A DNA stretch of 64,000 nucleotides, taken from an uncultured Planctomycetia bacterium. Its GTDB lineage: Bacteria > Planctomycetota > Phycisphaerae > FEN-1346 > JAACEH01. The position numbers and the translations under genes are program-made. The notes under the pieces were generated by a model. That model was not told the DNA's origin. It made no database searches and was given only the letters and a program-made list of their open reading frames with translations. Numbering within the stretch: the first letter of the stretch is position 1; each line of letters starts with the position of its first letter. Location of the stretch: positions 16,974-80,973 of the forward strand of contig CAIYVX010000082.1 in the NCBI GenBank assembly GCA_903929765.1, written 5' to 3'. Shown one piece after another: positions 58,216 through 64,000 of the stretch.

Positions 58216-59607
58216 CTACCTCGGCCCCTCCCCAAAATCCAACCCGAACTTCTTCATCTTCTTATATAGCGTCGTCCGATTGATCTCCAGCACGTCGGCC
58301 GTCACCTGCCGGTTCCAGTTGTTCGCCCGCAGCGTCCGCTCGATGATCTCCTTTTCCGGCACCTCCAGCGCGTCCTTCAGCGGCCGGATCCGCCCGTCCG
58401 TCCCCGCCAGCCCCGCCTTCGGGCTTTCCCCGTGCTTGATAATCGTCGGCGGCAAATCCCCCGCCTCCACCTGCCGCCCCCGCGCCAGCACCGTCACCCG
58501 CTCCATCGCGTTTTCCAGTTCCCGCACATTCCCCGGCCAATCATACGTCTGCATTAGTTGCATCGCCTCGTTCGAGAACCCCAGGATCTTCTTCCCGTTC
58601 CGCTCACAGAACATCTTCAGAAAATGGTCTGCCAGGAGCGGTATGTCGCTCAGCCGCTCCCGCAGCGACGACAACTCAATCGCCACCACGTTGATCCGGT
58701 AATACAAATCCTGCCGGAACTTCCCATCATGCACATCCTGCAACAGGTCGCGATTCGTCGCCAGAATCACCCGCACATCGCTCTTGATGGTCTCCGATCC
58801 GCCCACCCGCTCGAACTCGAACGTCTGTAGCACGCGCAGCAACTTCACCTGAAACGCCGGGCTGGCGGTGGAAATTTCGTCCAGAAAAATCGTCCCCGTG
58901 TTGGCGATCTCAAACTTGCCTTGCCGGTCCGCCACCGCCCCGGTGAACGATCCCTTCGTATGCCCGAACAGTTCCGACTCCAGCAGCGTCTCCGGCAGAG
59001 CCCCGCAGGCCACTTCTATGAAGGGCCGGGCGTTGCGGCTGGACCGCTGGTGAATCGTCCGCGCGATCATGCTCTTGCCCGTCCCGCTCTCGCCGGTGAT
59101 CAGCACCGTCGCCCGCGAATCCGCCACCGCCTCGATCAGGTCGAAAACTCTCAGCATCTTATAATCGTTCCCGATCACGTTGTCGAGCGAGTAACGCATG
59201 TTCAACTGTTGCCGCAGGTTCCGGTTTTCCCCCACCAGGGCCTGCTGTTTCATCGCCCGCTCGATGACCAGTTTGATCTCGTCGTCGATAATCGGCTTGG
59301 TCAGATAATCATATGCCCCCAGCTTGATCGCATCGACCGCCGACTCAATCGTCCCGTACCCCGTAATCATAATCACCGCCGCGTCCGCGTGCCGGTTCTT
59401 GCAGACCTTCAGCAACTCGAACCCGTCCACTCCCGGCATGTTCACGTCGGTAATGACCACGTTGAACGGTTTGGTGTCGAGCCAACTGATCGCCGACTCG
59501 AACTTCTCCGCCGTCTCGACCTCGTACCCTTCCAGCCGCAAAAACTCGCACAGGCTGGTCAGAATAATCCGGTCGTCATCGACCACCAGAATGCTTCCCT
59601 TAGCCAC
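58216..59607 (-). CDS. Sigma-54-dependent response regulator (NtrC family: REC-AAA+-Fis HTH)
   Basis: The REC domain has ILVVDDD...DVNMPG. The AAA+ domain has Walker A GESGTGKS, GAFTGA-like GSFTGA and ESELFGH. C-terminal HTH (NRTTLYKKMKKFGL). Confidence 0.9.
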   Translation of the reverse strand: MAKGSILVVDDDRIILTSLCEFLRLEGYEVETAEKFESAISWLDTKPFNVVITDVNMPGVDGFELLKVCKNRHADAAVIMITGYGTIESAVDAIKLGAYDYLTKPIIDDEIKLVIERAMKQQALVGENRNLRQQLNMRYSLDNVIGNDYKMLRVFDLIEAVADSRATVLITGESGTGKSMIARTIHQRSSRNARPFIEVACGALPETLLESELFGHTKGSFTGAVADRQGKFEIANTGTIFLDEISTASPAFQVKLLRVLQTFEFERVGGSETIKSDVRVILATNRDLLQDVHDGKFRQDLYYRINVVAIELSSLRERLSDIPLLADHFLKMFCERNGKKILGFSNEAMQLMQTYDWPGNVRELENAMERVTVLARGRQVEAGDLPPTIIKHGESPKAGLAGTDGRIRPLKDALEVPEKEIIERTLRANNWNRQVTADVLEINRTTLYKKMKKFGLDFGEGPR

Positions 59608-59630
59608 GTTTACATCCTTTCCTTGTTACA

Positions 59631-59677
59631 GTGGCACGGGCGTCTCGCCCGTGAGTCGCAGGGGCATCTTGCCCCTG
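59631..59677 (+). repeat. REP-B double-hairpin repeat
   Basis: GTGGCACGGGCgtctcGCCCGTGAGTCgCAGGGGCatcttGCCCCTG, in the 116-nt spacer between the kinase and regulator genes. Confidence 0.9.
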
Positions 59678-59696
59678 CTTACTGTTTTTGTTTCTT

Positions 59697-59730
59697 CAAT
59701 TTTTAATTTTTCATTTTTAACTTTTAATTT
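59697..59730 (+). repeat. AT-rich element J (copy 2)
   Basis: AATTTTTAATTTTTCATTTT at 59698-59717. It contains the stop codon of the histidine kinase gene. Confidence 0.7.
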
Positions 59731-61475
59731 CCCTTTTCCTCACGGCTCGCCCACCGCGTCGCAATCCGCACCACGAACTCCGCCCCGCCCGTCGCCCGGT
59801 TCCGCGCCAGCAGCGTCCCGCCCTGCTTTTCCACCAGTTCCTTGCAAATCGCCAGGCCCAGCCCCGTCCCCTGCCCCGCCTCTTTGGTCGAGAAGAACGG
59901 CTCGAAAATATGGTCGAGCGCCTCGTGCGACAACCCCGGCCCGTCGTCCGCCACGGAGATATCCACCGCCCCGTCGATGCACACCGCCCGCACCTGCACC
60001 CGCCCGCCCTGGGGCTGCGCCTCGATCGCGTTCTTGATCAGGTTCGTAAACACCTGATACAGTGAACTTGACTCCATCTCCGGCACGTTGTCCGCAATTT
60101 CCAACTCCAGCGCCACGCCCCGTTCCTGGGCCTTGCCCGACAGCGACGTGATCGCGTCCTCCATCGCCGCCCGCAGCGTCCCGTCGCTCGAAGCCGCCAC
60201 CGTCGAACGCGAAAATTCCAGCAACTCGCTGATGATCCGCACCATCCGCATCAGCCCGCCGCGCGCCGACTCGACGTACCCCACCGCCCGCTGATCCGGC
60301 GTATCCTTCAGCACGCGCACCGCCAGCCCCAGATACCGCAGAATCCCGTCCAGCGGATTATTCAACTCATGTGCAACTTTTGCCGCCAGCTTCCCCACCG
60401 CCGCCAGCCGCTCGCTCGCCGCCAGCCGGTTCTCCATCGACACGTCGCGCGTCACGTCCTCGATCGTCATAATCCCGCCCACCGCCGCCTCGCGCTTGCC
60501 CACCAGCGGCGAAGCCGACAGCCGCAGCACCAGCGGCGCCGCGCCCGTTTTCCCCTGCCCCTGGCTCACCGCGTCAAACGTGCAGACCTGACCCAGCCGC
60601 ACCACGTCACGGAAGATCGCCTGGTAATCCCCGTACCGCGCCGCTATGTCCGTCCGCGCCAAACCATGCAGCACGTTCCGGTCGTCCGGAAAAATCCGTT
60701 CCGCCTCCCGGTTGCGGAAGACGACCGCGAACGACCGGTCGAAGACCACCACCCCCATCGGTATCGATTCAAATATGTTTTCGTTGAACGTCTTGACCTG
60801 GACCAGCTCCGCCGAGGCCCGCGCAAGCTCCTTCGTCGCCTCCACAATCCGCGACCGCAGATCGTAGCTGAAACATTTGAACTGCGTCGCGCTGTCCACC
60901 AGCGCCGCCGAAAAATTCGCCACCACCCCGAGCGCCGCCTGGTCCGCCGTCCCCAGCTTGCGACCGGGAATCGTCGAGGCCACCACCAGAATCCCCACCA
61001 GACGCTCCCCGGTCATCATCGGCACGGCCGCCAGCGCCGTCAGGTGCCCGAACGACAGCCCGAGGCTTTCCTCCGGATCCCCGAGGCACAGCCCCTCGTT
61101 CCGCTCGATCAGAACTTCCGTCACCGGCCGGCTCGCGAAAAAGTCCAGCGTCTGCAGCATGTGCCCCTCGCCCAACGTCGCCCCGGGCTTCAGGGCCTGC
61201 TCCGCATCGTCCCACAACGCCACCGCGCCGCACTGGCAATCCACGAGCGCCGCCGAACGCTGCAGCACCGTCTGCATGAGTTCCGCAGGCTCCGCCACCG
61301 CCGTCAGCTCCGCCCCCAGAGCCGCCAGCGCCGCCAGAATCCGGCCGTCAGGTTGCCCCCGCGAAACATCGGACGTTGTCTTTTTTCTCGCCAAAGCCAA
61401 ACCCCTCGTCAATACGGCTCTTCCGATTCGAAGTTCCTCAAAGATCCTCCGGCCCGCCATGTTGCCATTCCACAT
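59724..61475 (-). CDS. Sensor histidine kinase (GAF + PAS + HisKA + HATPase_c), soluble
   Basis: 583 aa with H-box KVAHELNNPLDGI, N/G boxes (NLIKNAIEA, DDGPGL, GTGLGLAI), N-terminal GAF-like and PAS-like segments, and no obvious TM. The start could be ATG 61460. Confidence 0.85.
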   Translation of the reverse strand: MWNGNMAGRRIFEELRIGRAVLTRGLALARKKTTSDVSRGQPDGRILAALAALGAELTAVAEPAELMQTVLQRSAALVDCQCGAVALWDDAEQALKPGATLGEGHMLQTLDFFASRPVTEVLIERNEGLCLGDPEESLGLSFGHLTALAAVPMMTGERLVGILVVASTIPGRKLGTADQAALGVVANFSAALVDSATQFKCFSYDLRSRIVEATKELARASAELVQVKTFNENIFESIPMGVVVFDRSFAVVFRNREAERIFPDDRNVLHGLARTDIAARYGDYQAIFRDVVRLGQVCTFDAVSQGQGKTGAAPLVLRLSASPLVGKREAAVGGIMTIEDVTRDVSMENRLAASERLAAVGKLAAKVAHELNNPLDGILRYLGLAVRVLKDTPDQRAVGYVESARGGLMRMVRIISELLEFSRSTVAASSDGTLRAAMEDAITSLSGKAQERGVALELEIADNVPEMESSSLYQVFTNLIKNAIEAQPQGGRVQVRAVCIDGAVDISVADDGPGLSHEALDHIFEPFFSTKEAGQGTGLGLAICKELVEKQGGTLLARNRATGGAEFVVRIATRWASREEKGN

Positions 61476-61565
61476 CGATTATGTCGGCAGGAAACAACCT
61501 CGGAATGATGCAAAAATACAACATTTTCCGCTGTTAGTCAAGTCGCCGCCCAGCTTTTCTTGCTT

Positions 61566-61598
61566 TTGAAGCCCCCTGCACTGCTGGGGGATGCTGTT
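61566..61598 (+). repeat. Family G hairpin repeat
   Basis: TTGAAGCCCCCTGcactgCTGGGGGATGCTGTT. Confidence 0.85.
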
Positions 61599-61612
61599 GT
61601 TGCCGCTTCACC

Positions 61613-61663
61613 GTGGCACGGGCGTCCCGCCCGTGAGTCGCAGGGGCATCTTGCCCCTGTGCC
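61613..61663 (+). repeat. REP-B double-hairpin repeat
   Basis: GTGGCACGGGCgtcccGCCCGTGAGTCgCAGGGGCatcttGCCCCTGTGCC. Confidence 0.9.
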
Positions 61664-61694
61664 GTTGCCGTTGTTTCACCGCCAATCCTTAACT

Positions 61695-61731
61695 GTGAGT
61701 GGCATGGTCCGGCGCAGACGGGCCATGAAAG
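61695..61731 (+). repeat. Family H hairpin repeat
   Basis: Core ATGGTCCGgcgcagaCGGGCCATGAAAG (61704-61731). Confidence 0.8.
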
Positions 61732-61801
61732 GAGGTCGCCGAAAGTGGAACTGTTTCTGTTGTTTCTGTTGTTTTTGCCGTTCCTGAAGTCTGGCGTCAC
61801 T

Positions 61802-61833
61802 GTCCTCAACCGTCCTCAGAACGTCCTCAGAAC
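61802..61833 (+). promoter_or_regulatory. Three tandem ~11-nt direct repeats abutting the purE -35
   Basis: GTCCTCAACC / GTCCTCAGAAC / GTCCTCAGAAC with ~one-helical-turn periodicity (10- and 11-nt units), ending 1 nt before TTGACA. A candidate transcription-factor binding array. Confidence 0.3.
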
Positions 61834-61834
61834 G

Positions 61835-61864
61835 TTGACACGCCCCACCGCCCCCGCCTATACT
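61835..61864 (+). promoter_or_regulatory. Candidate purE-mtnA promoter
   Basis: TTGACA(61835-61840)-18 nt-TATACT(61859-61864), 42 nt upstream of the purE ATG, which has an AAGGAG SD. Confidence 0.5.
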
Positions 61865-61905
61865 GTGCCGATTCTCAATCGGACCTTTTTGTAAGGAGCC
61901 AATCC

Positions 61906-62409
61906 ATGCCCCGCAGCGACAAACCCCAAGTCAGCATCGTCCTCGGCAGCGACAGCGACCTGCCCGCTATGCAGGAAGCCACCGAAATTCTCAACGACTT
62001 CGCCGTCGATTACGAGGTCCGCATCATCAGCGCCCACCGCTCGCCCGCCCTCGCCCACCAGTACGCCTGCACCCTCGAAGAGCGCGGCGTGGAAGTCGTC
62101 ATCGCCGCCGCCGGCGGCGCCGCCCATCTCGCCGGCGTCGTCGCCAGTTTCACCCCCCTGCCCGTCATCGGCGTCCCGATTGCCACCGCCCTGGCCGGCG
62201 GACTCGACTCGCTCCTCGCCATGGTTCAAATGCCCTCCGGCGTCCCCGTCGCCACCGTCGCCGCCGGCAAGAGCGGCCCGAAAAACGCCGCCCTCCTCGC
62301 CGTCCAGATTCTCGGCGTCAAACTCCCGGCCATGCGAAAAAAAATCAGCGACTACAAGGCGGCCCTGGCCCGCAAGATCGAAGACAAAGACAAACAGTTC
62401 CGAGGATAA
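61906..62409 (+). CDS. purE: 5-(carboxyamino)imidazole ribonucleotide mutase
   Basis: VSIVLGSDSDLPAMQEA...ISAHRSP...AAGGAAHLAGVVA...PVIGVP is canonical PurE. Confidence 0.92.
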   Translation: MPRSDKPQVSIVLGSDSDLPAMQEATEILNDFAVDYEVRIISAHRSPALAHQYACTLEERGVEVVIAAAGGAAHLAGVVASFTPLPVIGVPIATALAGGLDSLLAMVQMPSGVPVATVAAGKSGPKNAALLAVQILGVKLPAMRKKISDYKAALARKIEDKDKQFRG

Positions 62410-62410
62410 C

Positions 62411-63460
<1,050 letters not shown>

Positions 63461-63475
63461 TGCCGTTGTTTTTTT

Positions 63476-63500
63476 GTAGGGACAGGGCTCTGCCCTGTCC
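63476..63500 (+). repeat. Family F (GTAG-headed) REP
   Basis: GTAGGGACAGGGCtcTGCCCTGTCC, identical to 46490-46514, 16 nt after the mtnA stop. Confidence 0.85.
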
Positions 63501-63520
63501 GGCAGTTGCTGTTGTTTCTT

Positions 63521-63562
63521 TCGTAGGGGCAGAGTTCATCTCTGCCCTGCTGTTTCTTTTTT
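63521..63562 (+). terminator. Family F REP acting as a likely intrinsic terminator of mtnA
   Basis: TCGTAGGGGCAGAGttcatCTCTGCCCTGC is followed by TGTTTCTTTTTTT: an 8-bp GC-rich stem plus a T-run on the mtnA strand. Confidence 0.45.
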
Positions 63563-63566
63563 TCCG

Positions 63567-63610
63567 GGTGCCACACTTTGAAGCCCCGGCCCTGCCGGGG
63601 CCAAAGTGTG
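63567..63610 (+). repeat. REP-A hairpin repeat
   Basis: GGTGCCACACTTTGaAGCCCCGGCcctGCCGGGGCcAAAGTGTG, near-identical to 34228-34274. Confidence 0.9.
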
Positions 63611-63687
63611 TTCTTTGCTTCGCTCTACAATCCCCAATCGCCGCAACCCATCCTACTTCCGCCCGCCTCATTTTCTGCTTCTTTCGC

Positions 63688-63740
63688 TTTTACATTTTTA
63701 ATTTTTCATTTTTAATTTTTCATTTTGCATTTTTCATCTC
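63688..63740 (+). repeat. AT-rich element J (copy 3, internally duplicated)
   Basis: ATTTTTAATTTTTCATTTT (63694-63712) followed by TAATTTTTCATTTTGCATTTT (63712-63732). It contains the trpC stop codon. Confidence 0.7.
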
Positions 63741-64000
63741 CCGCACTTTCCCCGCCCGATCCTTCGCCCGCATCAGCGTCTCGCCCACCAGCACCGCCTG
63801 CGCCCCCACATTCAGCACGCGCCGCACTTCCGCCGCCCCCGCAATCCCGCTCTCGGCCACCAGCACCCGATCCCCCGGCACCCGCGCCGCCAGCCGCTCC
63901 GTCGTCGCCAGGTCCACCACGAACGTCCGCAAATCCCGGTTATTCACCCCCACCAGAGTCGCCCCCGAAGCCACCGCCCGCTCCAATGCCTCCGCCCCAT
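63720..64000 (-). CDS. trpC: Indole-3-glycerol-phosphate synthase (3' part; 5' end beyond the window)
   Basis: ...ASGATLVGVNNRDLRTFVVDLATTERLAARVPGDRVLVAESGIAGAAEVRRVLNVGAQAVLVGETLMR is the TrpC C-terminal barrel. The frame stays open to position 64000. Confidence 0.8.
   Translation of the reverse strand, partial: GAEALERAVASGATLVGVNNRDLRTFVVDLATTERLAARVPGDRVLVAESGIAGAAEVRRVLNVGAQAVLVGETLMRAKDRAGKVREMKNAK

Noticed and set aside
62180-62410. The N-terminal 77-codon extension of the mtnA ORF (62180..63460) overlapping purE.
   Set aside because: The extension is Pro/Ser/Ala-rich out-of-frame purE sequence. MtnA homology begins exactly at ATG 62411, 2 nt after the purE stop.

Overview
High-GC (roughly 65-70% by hand counts) bacterial chromosome segment. 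It is probably from a Planctomycetota-like genome; that is an inference from the DUF1570-type protein, the gene content and the style of the intergenic repeats, and I cannot verify it here. Positions 1-22186 hold an unbroken, entirely minus-strand translation/transcription super-operon. In transcription order it reads tRNA-Thr, tuf, rpmG, tRNA-Trp, secE, nusG, rplKAJL, rpoBC, rpsLG, fusA, rpsJ, rplCDWB, rpsS, rplV, rpsC, rplP, rpmC, rpsQ. Positions 22374-30946 hold a tight seven-gene minus-strand operon of sugar and amino-group enzymes. After that come a small cytochrome c, a DUF1570-like protease and hflX. Next is a glycogen cluster (GT, GH57, debranching enzyme) split by a REP-associated tyrosine transposase (RAYT). 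Then follow hemB, lysC, a phosphoglycerate-mutase-like putative homoserine kinase, hom, a ~1 kb repeat-only tract, and a low-GC two-gene island (small protein plus wHTH/nuclease-like protein). The rest is queD, an HPS-RraA fusion, a PD40 lipoprotein, a Tat-signal aldo/keto reductase, a pterin-binding methyltransferase, a GNAT, valS, an NtrC-type response regulator with a GAF/PAS histidine kinase, purE, mtnA and a trpC fragment. Beyond the genes, at least ten families of short hairpin repeats (REP/MITE-like) sit in almost every accessory intergenic region, and several have entered coding sequence. The strongest case is valS. It carries a complete REP-RAYT-REP module in frame between the YPLA and ATTRPETMLGD motifs, plus a second in-frame repeat insertion, while all ValRS signature motifs and the reading frame stay intact. 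All calls rest on reading the ORF translations and the DNA by eye. No database search was possible, and start codons are best guesses.
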